DNA of 64,000 nucleotides from an uncultured Planctomycetaceae bacterium (GTDB lineage: Bacteria; Planctomycetota; Planctomycetia; Isosphaerales; Isosphaeraceae). Positions 16,133-26,298 of the stretch are shown one piece after another. The DNA lies in assembly GCA_963833985.1 (NCBI GenBank), contig CAWIAD010000002.1:2752001-2816000 (forward strand), written 5' to 3'. The notes below the pieces were generated by a model. It had not been told where the DNA came from. It made no database searches and saw only the letters and a program-made list of their open reading frames with translations. The translations under genes were made by a program, and so were the position numbers. Numbering within the stretch: the first letter of the stretch is position 1; each line of letters starts with the position of its first letter.

Positions 16133-16326
16133 GTGCTGGGCTCCTCGATGGTAGATTTGAGACGGCGTCATCATAACGCGATCGGTGCCCAAAAAATGCA
16201 AAATCCCGGCGTTCGCCCGTTCCTGAACTTTGTGTGTGGCCTGTGCATCGAGGCGTGCGTGGTTGGTGGCGCATGGAAGGTGATACGACGGCGGCTGAGT
16301 GCCGGCACCGGCAGCGAGGTGTGCTG

Positions 16327-16902
16327 ATGAGCAAACGCGATGCCCGCCGGCCGCGGCCAGCCTCCGCGGCCGCATCCAGACCCGGCAAGCCGGGGGGACC
16401 ACGGCCTGCCGGCGACCCGGTTGCTGCCGCCAGTGCCATCCGTCTGGCCGAGGTGCCGGCCGGCTCGGGATACTTCGAGCTGGACCACCCGGCTTGCGTC
16501 TTCGAGCGGGAGCCCGATTATCGGGAGGGCCTGGAACTCTGGAAGGCCGGCGATCCGGAAGAAGCGCGCGACGCCCTGCGGTATGCGCTCGAGGGGTGCG
16601 CCTCCAACCTCTGGGTGCACGCCGCTCTGGGGCGGATCGCCCTGGAGGCTTTCAACGATCCCCAGCTGGCCCGAGGGCACCTCGGCTACGCGGTGGAGCT
16701 GGCGCGGCAGGCACTCCCGGCGGGATTCGCCGGGCGTCTGCCGCGGCAACGCCCGGCCAACGCCCCGTTTTACGACGCCGTGGACGGGCTGGCGCAATGC
16801 CTGCGCAAGCTGGGCAAGAGCGCGGACGCCGACCGCTTGACGGCGTTCGCCCGGCGGCTGGAAAACGGGGCTGGCGGAGGCCCGGGCAGGCCTCTTCCAT
16901 GA
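16327..16902 (+). CDS. TPR-like hypothetical protein
   Basis: Helical TPR-like pattern (GDPEEARDALRYAL, HAALGRIALE, ARGHLGYA). Confidence 0.65.
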   Translation: MSKRDARRPRPASAAASRPGKPGGPRPAGDPVAAASAIRLAEVPAGSGYFELDHPACVFEREPDYREGLELWKAGDPEEARDALRYALEGCASNLWVHAALGRIALEAFNDPQLARGHLGYAVELARQALPAGFAGRLPRQRPANAPFYDAVDGLAQCLRKLGKSADADRLTAFARRLENGAGGGPGRPLP

Positions 16903-17080
16903 GCTTTGAAAAAAATTCAAAGCCAGTCCGTCGCCCGATCTGCGTCGATTTCGACTTTAGGGCTTTTTCGGGCTTGCGGGGATCGGTCGATCGGTATAGA
17001 ACGACCGCCCTGTGGGACTGGCGACCCGATTGAATGGCAGGGTCGATGGCCTTGCGGCTCTGCGAATCAGGATGCCACCC

Positions 17081-17959
17081 ATGATGCTTCGTTCCATCGC
17101 CGGCGGCGTGGAAGTCCTCGCGCCGGCGAAGTTAAACCTGTTCCTCGAAGTCCTGGCGCGCCGGCAGGACGGTTATCACGAGATCGAATCGCTGATGGTC
17201 GCCGTGAACCTGTACGACACACTGACCGTCACCGATCACGACTCGGGAGCCATCGTCCTGGAGTGCGACGACACGAGCTTGCCCGCCGGTCCGCAAAACC
17301 TGGTTGTGCAGGCTGCCGAACGACTCAGGTCCGCAACCGGCTGCACGCACGGGGCGCGGATCCGCCTGCACAAGGTCATTCCAGCCCAGGCGGGACTGGG
17401 CGGCGGCTCAAGCGATGCGGCCGCGACTCTCGCCGCGCTGGTTCGGCTCTGGGACCTGGGGATGCCCGCCACTGCGCTCGACGCGGTCGCGGGTGAAGTT
17501 GGCAGCGATGTGGCCTTTTTCTTGCACGCACCCGCGGCAATCTGCCGGGGGCGCGGCGAACGTGTGCAAGCCGTAGCGATCCGTCAGCCCTTACACTTCG
17601 TGCTGGTCGCCCCGACCATCGGCTCGAGTACGGCCGAGGTGTACCGCAACGTGAGACCGCCCGAGACGACCCACAGCCTCCAGGCGGTGTGTGGCGCGCT
17701 GGCCGGCGACGGCACGGCCGCCCTGGGTCGAAGCCTCTTCAATCGGCTTCAACCCGTTGCCGAAGCGCTCCAGCCCGAACTTCTCCGGGTGCGTGACGCT
17801 CTGGCGAACCTGGACCCTCCCCTGGAAGGGTCCCTCATGAGTGGCAGCGGCTCGGCCTACTTCGGCCTTTGCCGCGATACCACCGCGGCAGAGAAGGCCG
17901 CGGAAGATCTGCAACCGCTCGGACTAGGATGGGTCCGGGTCGTGACCTGCGGCCCCTGA
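17081..17959 (+). CDS. ispE: 4-diphosphocytidyl-2-C-methyl-D-erythritol kinase
   Basis: APAKLNLFLEV, DGYHEI, KVIPAQAGLGGGSSDAA, GSDV, LMSGSGS. Confidence 0.95.
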   Translation: MMLRSIAGGVEVLAPAKLNLFLEVLARRQDGYHEIESLMVAVNLYDTLTVTDHDSGAIVLECDDTSLPAGPQNLVVQAAERLRSATGCTHGARIRLHKVIPAQAGLGGGSSDAAATLAALVRLWDLGMPATALDAVAGEVGSDVAFFLHAPAAICRGRGERVQAVAIRQPLHFVLVAPTIGSSTAEVYRNVRPPETTHSLQAVCGALAGDGTAALGRSLFNRLQPVAEALQPELLRVRDALANLDPPLEGSLMSGSGSAYFGLCRDTTAAEKAAEDLQPLGLGWVRVVTCGP

Positions 17960-17995
17960 GCAGAGAAGCAAAGCCCTCGTAAAGGAGTACCGGCT

Positions 17996-18643
17996 GTGGA
18001 GATCACTGAAGTTCGCATCAAGCTCATGGAAGACAACTCGGGCAGCAACGAACGCTTGCAAGCCTTTTGCAGCATCACGTTTGACGACATGTTCGTCATC
18101 CGTGACTTGAAAATCATCGAGGGCGCCAAGGGCTTCTTCGTGGCCATGCCCTCGCGCAAGCTCACCGACCGGTGTCACAACTGCGGCACCAAGAACCACC
18201 TGCGCAGCCGTTTCTGCAACCAGTGCGGCTGCCGCCTGGACGAGAACCGCGCCCTTCGGGACGCCGATGGACGGGCGAAGCTGCACGCCGACATTGCCCA
18301 CCCCATCAACTCGATGTGCCGCGAGAAGATCCAGTCCGCCGTCCTGGCCTCGTACGCCGAAGAGCTCGAACGTGCCAAGATGCCAGGCTACATCTCGCGC
18401 TACGACGATTATGAGGTCGACGACTTCGACGTTCCATTCGACAACCACGCCCCCGCGGGCCACGCCTCCGCCGGCGAGCCGCCGATCCGTCGCGGTCCTT
18501 TGCGTGGGCACACGCAACACGCTCGCGGCAACCAGTCGGTGCTCCGCGGTCCCCACGTTCCGCCCCGGCGGGACAGCAGCGAGCAGGAAATCGCGTCGGA
18601 ATACCATCGTCGCGGGGAGTCGTCCTTCGGCAACGGCATCTGA
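17996..18643 (+). CDS. spoVG: SpoVG family nucleic-acid-binding protein with Zn-ribbon insertion
   Basis: [42 protein letters not shown]; inserted CHNC...CNQC; AAGGAG RBS. Confidence 0.9.
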   Translation: MEITEVRIKLMEDNSGSNERLQAFCSITFDDMFVIRDLKIIEGAKGFFVAMPSRKLTDRCHNCGTKNHLRSRFCNQCGCRLDENRALRDADGRAKLHADIAHPINSMCREKIQSAVLASYAEELERAKMPGYISRYDDYEVDDFDVPFDNHAPAGHASAGEPPIRRGPLRGHTQHARGNQSVLRGPHVPPRRDSSEQEIASEYHRRGESSFGNGI

Positions 18644-18920
18644 GCCACCCGTAGGCCCAGCCGGCGCGTTCCCGGGTGCAACCGCGGGTGCCAGCAATCC
18701 TTGATTCCTCATCATCCCCGCTGCCGATAGCCGCCGCCTGCTCTCACCCGGGGCACTCGCGGCCAGCCCCATGACCCAAGCCCACCCCCTGGTTCACTCA
18801 GCCGGGCTCGTTGCGCTGCGGTTCCAACCGCTGCACCGGTCCCGGCGTTTTGTTTTTGCCGGTGGCGCCTTGCTGGTAAGATATCCAGCAGCCGCCACGA
18901 CCTTCGGCACCCAGCCCCTC

Positions 18921-19865
18921 ATGAGATTGACCTTCCGACCCGCGCGTCAGACTCACGGCCAGCCCGGGGCGCAGCCGCCCACGGGACCGCGGGTCTCACG
19001 GTCCGGGCGCTGGCGTTCGCTGCTGGCTGTCACCGCGCGTTTGCTGTTTCTGGTCCTGCTGGGTTTCCTCACCTTGCTCTACTTACTTCAAGACCGCATG
19101 ATCTTCCCGGGAACTGCCACGCAAGGCAGCCTGGAAGCGGCCGTGCATCCCCGGTCCGGCGCCGAGCGCATCGAGCTGGCCACGCCGCGAGGCGATCGCG
19201 TGATCGCACTCTACGGTCCGGCCCTCTTGCCAGACGGCTCTCCCCACCCTGACCCATCCACCCAGCCGGCGCTGGCCTACTTCTACGGCAACGCCATGTG
19301 CCTGGCCTACGCCGAGCCAGAGTTCGAACGCTTCCGGCGCCTCGGGCTGAACGTCCTGATTCCCGACTACCTGGGATACGGCTGTAGCACGGGGAAGGCG
19401 TCAGAAGCGGGTTGCCGCGAGACGGCCGAGGCCGTCTACCAGGCACTTCGGGACCGCGGGTTCGCGCCGCCGCGAATCATCGCCGGCGGCTGGTCGCTGG
19501 GCGGCGCGGTGGCGATTGACCTGGCTTCGAGACGGCCGGTCGGCGGCCTGATCGCCTTCAGCACGTTCACCAGCACCCACGACATGGCCCTCGCAATCTG
19601 CCCCATGCCCCTGCCGCGCTGGTTCTTCGCCCACAAGTTCGATAGCCTGGGGAAGCTTCCCTCCATCACCTGCCCGGTCTTGCTCGGGCATGGCCGACAG
19701 GATCGCCTCGTTCCTTTTTACATGTTCCAGCGGCTGGTGTCTGCCGTTCGCGGGCCACTCTCCACCATCGTGCTCGATCACGCGGAACACAACGACTTCT
19801 ACGATGTGGGCGGCCGGCGGATCGACGACGCCATCCTCCGGTTTGCCGACCATTTGTCCCCGTAG
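18921..19865 (+). CDS. Alpha/beta hydrolase (ABHD13/YfhR-like)
   Basis: TM anchor, YFYGNA, DYLGYGCSTG, GWSLGG nucleophile elbow, HGRQDRLVP, AEHND. Confidence 0.88.
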   Translation: MRLTFRPARQTHGQPGAQPPTGPRVSRSGRWRSLLAVTARLLFLVLLGFLTLLYLLQDRMIFPGTATQGSLEAAVHPRSGAERIELATPRGDRVIALYGPALLPDGSPHPDPSTQPALAYFYGNAMCLAYAEPEFERFRRLGLNVLIPDYLGYGCSTGKASEAGCRETAEAVYQALRDRGFAPPRIIAGGWSLGGAVAIDLASRRPVGGLIAFSTFTSTHDMALAICPMPLPRWFFAHKFDSLGKLPSITCPVLLGHGRQDRLVPFYMFQRLVSAVRGPLSTIVLDHAEHNDFYDVGGRRIDDAILRFADHLSP

Positions 19866-19931
19866 GTTCGCCGTGGCCGTATGCACGCGGGCCCTCTCTG
19901 TTCGCTGCCCGTCCTGTGCCGGGAATGCCCC

Positions 19932-20471
19932 ATGCAAACGCTGCCCTGGATCGACCACCTGACCACCGAGCGGCTGATCCTGCGGATGTTTCGCGACAGC
20001 GACCTGGACGCCTACGCCGACATGTGCGGCGACGCCGAGGTGATGAGATACCTGGGCGGCATCACCATGAGCCGCGCGGAGGCCTGGAGAAACATGGCGA
20101 CGGTGGTGGGGCACTGGCAGCTACGCGGTTTCGGGCTGTACGCCGTGGAGGAGCAATCGACCGGCACGATGGTGGGCCGGGTGGGCTGCTGGCAGCCGGA
20201 AGGGTGGCCCGGCATGGAACTCGCCTGGACCCTGCGCCAGGCGTACTGGGGGCGCGGCTACGCGACGGAGGCCGCCAGAACGGTGCTGGACCTGGCCCTG
20301 CAAGGCGCCCGGCAGACGCGCCTCATCAGCATGATCCACGCCGACAACCAGCCGTCGATCCGCGTGGCGCAGCGGCTCCGGATGCGGCTGGAAGGCCGGA
20401 CCGCGCTGCTGGGTGATCCGGTCGTGGTTTATGGAATTCGCCGCTCGCCTGCCGTGGCGCAGCCTGGCTGA
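19932..20471 (+). CDS. GNAT N-acetyltransferase (RimJ/RimL family)
   Basis: TTERLILR, WGRGYATEAA, IHADNQPSIRVAQRL. Confidence 0.9.
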   Translation: MQTLPWIDHLTTERLILRMFRDSDLDAYADMCGDAEVMRYLGGITMSRAEAWRNMATVVGHWQLRGFGLYAVEEQSTGTMVGRVGCWQPEGWPGMELAWTLRQAYWGRGYATEAARTVLDLALQGARQTRLISMIHADNQPSIRVAQRLRMRLEGRTALLGDPVVVYGIRRSPAVAQPG

Positions 20472-20742
20472 GCGGACCTGGCCGGGCTGGCGGCGTGCCG
20501 CGCCACAAATCTCCGACAGGCATCTGGCAACGGGGTTTTTATTCCGATTCACCTTTCTTTTGCGTCGATGGATCTCTATACTTGGCTCGGTTGGAGGCCG
20601 ATGAGTGCATGCCGTGATTTCTTTCAGGCTCTCACTCTGCCTCATCCGGGGCTTTCCACCGGTCGGGCCTCCAGCGGCCGTCATCGGAGGGGGGCCCGGC
20701 ACGTTCGTCGTGTGAACTGCCGCTTGTTTGAGGAGTTTGACG

Positions 20743-21072
20743 GTGGGCAAGAAACTGTACGTGGGAAACCTGACCTATCGCACGAACGGCTCCGATCTGG
20801 AGCAACTGTTCTCGCAATTCGGCACCGTGGAGAGCGCGGAGGTCATCTCCGACCGGGAGACCGGACGAAGCAAGGGCTTTGGTTTCGTCGAGATGGGCAC
20901 CGAAGCCGAGGCCAGGGCGGCGATTGAAAACCTGCACGAGCACGATGTGGATGGACGCCGCCTCACCGTCAACGAGGCGCGTCCGCGCGAGCCACGCAGC
21001 GGAGGCGGTGGATACCGTGGCGGCTCCGATGGCGGCAGCCGCGACGGCGGCTACGACAGCCAGCGCTACTGA
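20743..21072 (+). CDS. RRM RNA-binding protein with Gly-rich tail
   Basis: RNP2 KLYVGNL, RNP1 KGFGFVEM, LTVNEAR; GAGGAG RBS before GTG. Confidence 0.93.
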   Translation: MGKKLYVGNLTYRTNGSDLEQLFSQFGTVESAEVISDRETGRSKGFGFVEMGTEAEARAAIENLHEHDVDGRRLTVNEARPREPRSGGGGYRGGSDGGSRDGGYDSQRY

Positions 21073-21148
21073 GCCGGCCGGCTCTGGTGCCGGCCTGGCG
21101 GTGGCAGTGATCCGGCAGTTGCTGAGCTGAGCGCCGCGAACCGCGCGC

Positions 21149-21610
21149 TCAGCCGTCGGCCTTCTTCGGTGCGGCCGCGAGCGGCCGGAGTACCGCCAGC
21201 ATCGTGTTCAGGTGCGCCAGCCGGGGGCCGAAGCGATCGACGAAATCGCTCAGCGAGAAGTCGCCCTCGAGCAGGTTCTCATGGTTCTCATCGACATACG
21301 TAGCAAGATCACCCATGAGTGACGCATGAACTTGCTCGAGCCGCCCTAGCGTGTCGCGGCAGGCCTCGATCACATGCTCATGACCGACTTGCCAGCGCTC
21401 GAGCTCCGCGCTTCGCCGCGCCCGCTGCTCGCGGTTGACCTGCACCATTTCCCGCGACAGGTCCAGTTGCTGGCGCTGCACTTCCAGAAGCTGACGCAAC
21501 GCGTCGACGGTCTGGTTTTGCAGGTTGACCATGAGGTGGAGCAAAACGATCGGTTCGTTGGCGTTCGACGAGCCGGCCGCGGCGCCCGGTCCCGTGGGAG
21601 AGACTTCCAT
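21149..21610 (-). CDS. Hypothetical coiled-coil protein
   Basis: Host-like codon usage and helical composition; no family recognised. Confidence 0.65.
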   Translation of the reverse strand: MEVSPTGPGAAAGSSNANEPIVLLHLMVNLQNQTVDALRQLLEVQRQQLDLSREMVQVNREQRARRSAELERWQVGHEHVIEACRDTLGRLEQVHASLMGDLATYVDENHENLLEGDFSLSDFVDRFGPRLAHLNTMLAVLRPLAAAPKKADG

Positions 21611-21866
21611 GCGATAGGTCCAGGCCGCAGATGATGGGTTCTCGCGAGATGACAATCCAACCTCCTGCGTTCCGTTGGGCATCAGGATCGTGGCGACAGA
21701 TTCCCGGCCCTGGCCGCTCGGGCAGATCTGCGTGTTCAAGCCAATCTAAGTATACCCGAGGGGGGAAGGGTGGCCTAGGCCATTGGCCGCGTGATTCTGC
21801 GAAGCCTTCCCGGTCAACCGCCTGCCGGAGCGGCCCGCTTCCGGGAGAGCCCGCGCGCGGACGCCG

Positions 21867-22766
21867 TCAGTCTTCTTCGTCCCCCTGGCCGGCATGGTCA
21901 AATGCGTCGGGCAAGGCGTCCACGATATCGCCGGCGATCATGCCGATCGTGCCGCTCTGATCGCGCGCGATGTCGCCGGCGAGTCCGTGCATGTAGACGC
22001 CAAGCTGCGCGGCATCGAAGGCCGTGAGCTTTTGCCCCAGCAGGGCCGCGATCACACCGGTGAGGACGTCGCCCGCACCGCCGGTCGCCATTCCGGGATT
22101 GCCGGTACGGTTGACATACACCCGCCGGCCATCGGTCACCACCGACGCCGCACCCTTGAGCACGACGACCAGATGGTCCGAACGGGCGGCTAGCCTGGCG
22201 GCACTCTGCGTGCGGTTCGCCTGCACCTCGGCGACCTCGCTGCCCGAAAGCCTGGCGAACTCGCCCGGGTGCGGGGTCAGCACCACCGGGTGCTTCAACG
22301 ACCCCAGCAGTTCCGGCTGGGCCGCCAGCGCATTGAGCCCGTCGGCGTCGATCACCAGCGGCTTGTCAGTCGCGGTGATGAGCCACCGGACGAGCCCCCG
22401 GATATCGTCCGACTGCCCCAGCCCGGGCCCGATCGCCACCACGTCCGCGGAGACGATCAGCCGCTCCAGCACCGGAATGGACGGCGCAAGATGCACCAGG
22501 CCGTCGGCGTCGTGGGGCAGGGGGTAGGTCATGTAGCAGGGCTCGAAGCTCGCCACCGTGGATTGAACTTCCTGGGGCGTGGCGACGCGGACCAACCCCG
22601 CGCCGGAACGCAATGCCGACGCCCCGCAGAGCGCCGCGGCGCCGGCCATGCCGCGGCCGCCGGCAATCACCAGCACGGACCCGTACATCCCCTTGTGGCC
22701 ATCGCTCACGCGGGGTCGCAGAGCGGGCAGAGTCTCGATCATCTCAAGGTTCATGGGCAGTTCCAT
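21867..22766 (-). CDS. nnrD: ADP-dependent NAD(P)H-hydrate dehydratase
   Basis: HKGMYGSVLVIAG, AIGPGLG, VIDADGLN, LTPHPGEFARL, GNPGMATGGAGDVLTG. Confidence 0.93.
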   Translation of the reverse strand: MELPMNLEMIETLPALRPRVSDGHKGMYGSVLVIAGGRGMAGAAALCGASALRSGAGLVRVATPQEVQSTVASFEPCYMTYPLPHDADGLVHLAPSIPVLERLIVSADVVAIGPGLGQSDDIRGLVRWLITATDKPLVIDADGLNALAAQPELLGSLKHPVVLTPHPGEFARLSGSEVAEVQANRTQSAARLAARSDHLVVVLKGAASVVTDGRRVYVNRTGNPGMATGGAGDVLTGVIAALLGQKLTAFDAAQLGVYMHGLAGDIARDQSGTIGMIAGDIVDALPDAFDHAGQGDEED

Positions 22767-22774
22767 CGCGTGTC

Positions 22775-23620
22775 TCATTCGCTCGCAGCGACCGCCTGGC
22801 CGGTACGGTTTCCACCGGGTGCATCGCCGGCGCCGGCACTCGCGCTGGCTCCGATCCGTGCCAGTCCGGCGCAGCGCGCAATCAGCCCGGCCATGTGCCC
22901 GCCGTTGAAGCCCGCGTCGATGTTCACCACCACCACGTTCGAGGCACAACTGTTCAGCATGCCCAGGAGCGCGGCCAGCCCCTGGAAATGGGCACCGTAA
23001 CCGATGCTGGTGGGGACCGCGATCACCGGGCAATCGACGAGTCCGCCCACGACGCTGGGCAGCGCCCCTTCCATTCCCGCCACCACGACCAGGGCGTCGG
23101 CGTTCCCCAGGCGGGGCAACTGGTGCAAGAGCCGGTGCAGCCCGGCCACGCCCACATCGGCCACCAGCGCCACGTCGCAGTTCCACGCCTCGGCCGTCAC
23201 GCGTGCTTCCTCGGCCACGGGCAGGTCGCTCGTGCCGGCGGTGACGATCACCACCCGGCCCACCTTGGCAGCACCCGCATCGGGCCCCTCGATCCGGAAG
23301 GTCCGGCCCAGAACGTTGTGCCGGCCCTCCGGGAATGCAGCCCGCAGATGGCCGGCCGCCGCCGGGTCCACCCGCGTCACCAGCCCTCCCTGGCCGTGGG
23401 TGACCAGCGTCCGCAGGATCGCCTCGATCTGCTCCGCCGTCTTCCCTTGCCCGAAGATCACCTCGGGAAAACCGCAGCGGAGGCGCCGGTGCAGGTCCAC
23501 CTTGGCGAAGCCGCCGGCGTCCACGTAAGGCTGGGTGCGGATTCGCTGCACGGCATCAGCCGAGGTCAGTGTTCCCGCCGCGACCGCGTCCAGCAAGCGT
23601 GTGAGCTCTTCTGGGTCCAT
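22775..23620 (-). CDS. larB: Nickel pincer cofactor biosynthesis protein LarB (PurE-like)
   Basis: RRLRCGFPEVIFGQGKT, TAGTSDLPVAEEA, DVGVAGLHRL, AGMEGALPSVVGG, VPTSIGYG, NIDAGF. Confidence 0.92.
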   Translation of the reverse strand: MDPEELTRLLDAVAAGTLTSADAVQRIRTQPYVDAGGFAKVDLHRRLRCGFPEVIFGQGKTAEQIEAILRTLVTHGQGGLVTRVDPAAAGHLRAAFPEGRHNVLGRTFRIEGPDAGAAKVGRVVIVTAGTSDLPVAEEARVTAEAWNCDVALVADVGVAGLHRLLHQLPRLGNADALVVVAGMEGALPSVVGGLVDCPVIAVPTSIGYGAHFQGLAALLGMLNSCASNVVVVNIDAGFNGGHMAGLIARCAGLARIGASASAGAGDAPGGNRTGQAVAASE

Positions 23621-24322
23621 GAACCTTGCCACCCCCTGAAACAGCAGCCCCGGCGTCGACTCACGCTTGATGTTCTCTTGTAACCCCCCGACCCGTGGCA
23701 TGCAACCCACCGCGCTGCCATTGCAGGCCGCGCAGTCGTCCCACGCATCATTCTGCCCTCTTTCCGGCCGCTTACGCCACGTCACCCGCGGTTCGATCCC
23801 CGGCGCACCGGCAGGGCAATTTGGGTTCGATTTGCAGATCCGCAAGCAAAGCCATCGGACGCAAACCGTTCGGGGGCATGAGGGTTATCTGCTCATTCTT
23901 CCATTTTCGGTTGGCCGATGATCTTTGTTCTGGCTACTCTTGGGTCTGGACTCCAGGGCGCCGCCCGGAGGCGGAGGCGACGCGCTGGATAGAACCATCG
24001 ATCAGGTTGTCAAAGAGCACTGGCACCGTACCGTCTCATTCAGTCTACGCTGGGAACGGCGGCCGCTGGCGAGATTCGTTGCGGTTTGCTCCGCTTATGC
24101 CCGCGCGGTCAGATCCGTTCGCCTCAGTTGTTCCATGCGATTGCTCGTCTGCTCGATTCACTACTACCTCGACCGCTCTGGCGGCGAGTCCCTCTACACG
24201 CGAGCTGCTGGAAGCGCTCGCTGCGCGGGGGGCCTGAGGCGTCAGCCTGGGCAGCACCTCGCCGCATCACGTGCACAGCCACGGAGCGGGTCCGCCGGTC
24301 CCGGCGTTCGGGTGCAAGGTCC

Positions 24323-24579
24323 ATGGCCACGTGCGTGAGCACGTGGTTTTCACGGGCGTAGCCCCCAACCTCGGGCGTGAGCCCGACCAGTGAGGAAGCC
24401 AGTGCCGCAAATCGGTGCGTCGTCGCTGCGCTTGACACACCCTACGCAACAGCCTCCGTCCGGGGCCTTATGGACACCGCGGCGTCCGCTTCCACTTCGG
24501 CCCCCGCGGCCTATGGCCACGTGCGTGAGCACGTGGTTTTCACGGGCATAGCCCCCAACCTCGGGCGTGAGTCCGACCA
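24323..24579. repeat. Two direct copies of a 67-bp repeat (ATGGCCACGTGCGTGAGCACGTGG...CCGACCA), 190-bp period
   Basis: 24323-24389 and 24513-24579 differ at 2 positions; internal hairpin CCACGTGC-GTGA-GCACGTGG; related copies at 47735-47917. Confidence 0.88.
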
Positions 24580-24639
24580 CCTGGTCGCCGCATCACGCGC
24601 AGTGCAACCGCGAAGCGTAAACGGAAATGAAGACACCTG

Positions 24640-24809
24640 ACCACATAGAGCACAGAGAGAACTCCGTAGGGGATCGTATCGAGGCAGCCGCACATTCCGG
24701 CCTGGCTTCGCCTGAACCCTGGTTCCCCGGCCCATGAACGATCCCGTTGACCTTCCGCTGTCGATCAATTCTGCGCTCGTCCATCGTCTTCTTTCTGACC
24801 TCTGTGGTT
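24640..24809. repeat. Degenerate second ACCACAGAG-family inverted repeat
   Basis: ACCACATAGAGCACAGAGA from 24640 and CTCTGTGGTT ending 24809 resemble the arms at 14741-14833. Confidence 0.55.
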
Positions 24810-25044
24810 CCCTGGTTCGGGCGCCGATCAGGGGTTCGTGGCGATTGATCATTCTCTCTATCGCAGACGGGCGGGGCACGGACTCGTGGAATGAGACCGC
24901 CATGGCATCCAGCCGATTTGAACTTTCGAGCCGCGCGGTGGGCGTGGTAAGTTCGAACATCCGAGGACCGCGGCTGGACCGGAAGCCTCGACTGTGGGCA
25001 CGGTTCCCGCAGGCGGGCCGGCGGGCACGGTAGCGAGCTTGCGC

Positions 25045-26061
25045 ATGGCCGTCAAGGCGTCGAAACCCCAGGCGATCCGGGCCCCGAGCGACTTCCCGGC
25101 GGGGCCGGCCGGGCACTCCGGCGCCCCGGCTCTGCTGCCGGCCGCGGAGCAGCAGCCCTCGCTCGCGGAACGTCTGGAGGACTGGGCGTTCCTGGCCTGG
25201 GAACAGCTCTGGAACCCCGTGAGCTTGCGGAGCTGGGGCGGTGCGGTCGGGCTCCACGGCTTCCTGCTGGTCTGCCTGGCGCTCTGGTACTTCTCGCCGC
25301 CCGTACACCGGCCGATCCATTTTGACAGCCGCCTTGCCGGCAGCCCCAAAGGCGTTCCCGAGGGCCTGTCGCTGAGCGGGGGCATGAACACGCCGCTGGC
25401 CATGCCCGACGTGCCCGACAACCTGCTTCCCGGTGCCGACGAACCGCTCCTGGAGCTGGTCGCGCCGCCGCTGGAGCCGGCCGAGCTGGCGCTGGCCCGG
25501 GGCGGCAGGCCAAGCGGAGGGGGCGGCGTCGCGAACAACAACCCGGGCGCCGGTGAGGGCGACGGATTCGGCCTGGCCCGCTTCGGCGAAGGGGGCGAGG
25601 TGGTGCGCGGCGTCTCGGTCAAGGTGGGCGACCCACAGTTCACGCTCATCTGGGACAGCTCCGCCGACCTCGACCTCCACGTCATCGAGCCAGGCGGCAA
25701 GGAGATCTACTGGGAAGAGCCCAAGGGCGCCCGCGGCGGTGAGCTCGACGTGGACAACACCAAGGGGTTCGGCCCGGAGAACGTCTACTGGCTTGTGGAG
25801 TCGGATGGCCCGGGCTCGAAGAAGGTGAAGGGTCCTGGACCGGCTGGCGCGTACCAATGGTTCGTCGTCTACTGGGGCGGCTTCGGCGGCATCCCCAAGC
25901 CCACGCACTGGAAGGTCCGCATCAAGCACAATGGCAAGCTGACGATCGTCAACGGCAAGTTCCAGGCCCTGAACGAGCACAGCAAGACGTACACCTTCAA
26001 GGTCGACGCACCCGCACCTGTCCTGGGCGGCGACACCCCCATTCCCGCCGAGACGCCGTGA
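25045..26061 (+). CDS. Membrane-anchored protein with C-terminal YfaP/DUF2135-like domain
   Basis: TM helix (GLHGFLLVCLALWY), Gly-rich linker, FTLIWD..ADLDLHVIEP, GGELDVDNT.GFGPENVYW. Confidence 0.75.
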   Translation: MAVKASKPQAIRAPSDFPAGPAGHSGAPALLPAAEQQPSLAERLEDWAFLAWEQLWNPVSLRSWGGAVGLHGFLLVCLALWYFSPPVHRPIHFDSRLAGSPKGVPEGLSLSGGMNTPLAMPDVPDNLLPGADEPLLELVAPPLEPAELALARGGRPSGGGGVANNNPGAGEGDGFGLARFGEGGEVVRGVSVKVGDPQFTLIWDSSADLDLHVIEPGGKEIYWEEPKGARGGELDVDNTKGFGPENVYWLVESDGPGSKKVKGPGPAGAYQWFVVYWGGFGGIPKPTHWKVRIKHNGKLTIVNGKFQALNEHSKTYTFKVDAPAPVLGGDTPIPAETP

Positions 26062-26298
26062 TTGCCCCGCAGGCTGGGCGAGCTGGCCGACGGACGTCGC
26101 GAGCTGCATAGCGGGTCCGCGACCGTCCGGATAACCCGCTGCGGCCCTCGCCCATCGAGCTGCCGGATGCGGGGAGAGCCAGGATTGCCCGCGCGATGAC
26201 GTGGGTGGTCGCGGCATGTGGGCCCGCCGTCGAGAGTTGAGCTGGTTCCTCGCCGAGCCAGGCGATGTGGCCGGGTTTCTTGATCTCGCACGCAGACC

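Noticed and set aside
23785..23812. GGTTCGATCCC resembling a tRNA T-loop
   Set aside because: No proper T-stem pairing, acceptor stem, D-arm or anticodon arm around it
23810..23880. GGGCAA...GCAAAGCC...GACGCAAA reminiscent of a c-di-GMP-I riboswitch
   Set aside because: Motif order and GNRA-capped stem do not fit by eye; an Rfam scan would be needed
24323..24579. Spaced direct repeats as a CRISPR array
   Set aside because: Only two copies, 67-bp repeat with 123-bp gap, no cas genes; the 89-bp tandem at 48 kb has no unique spacers either
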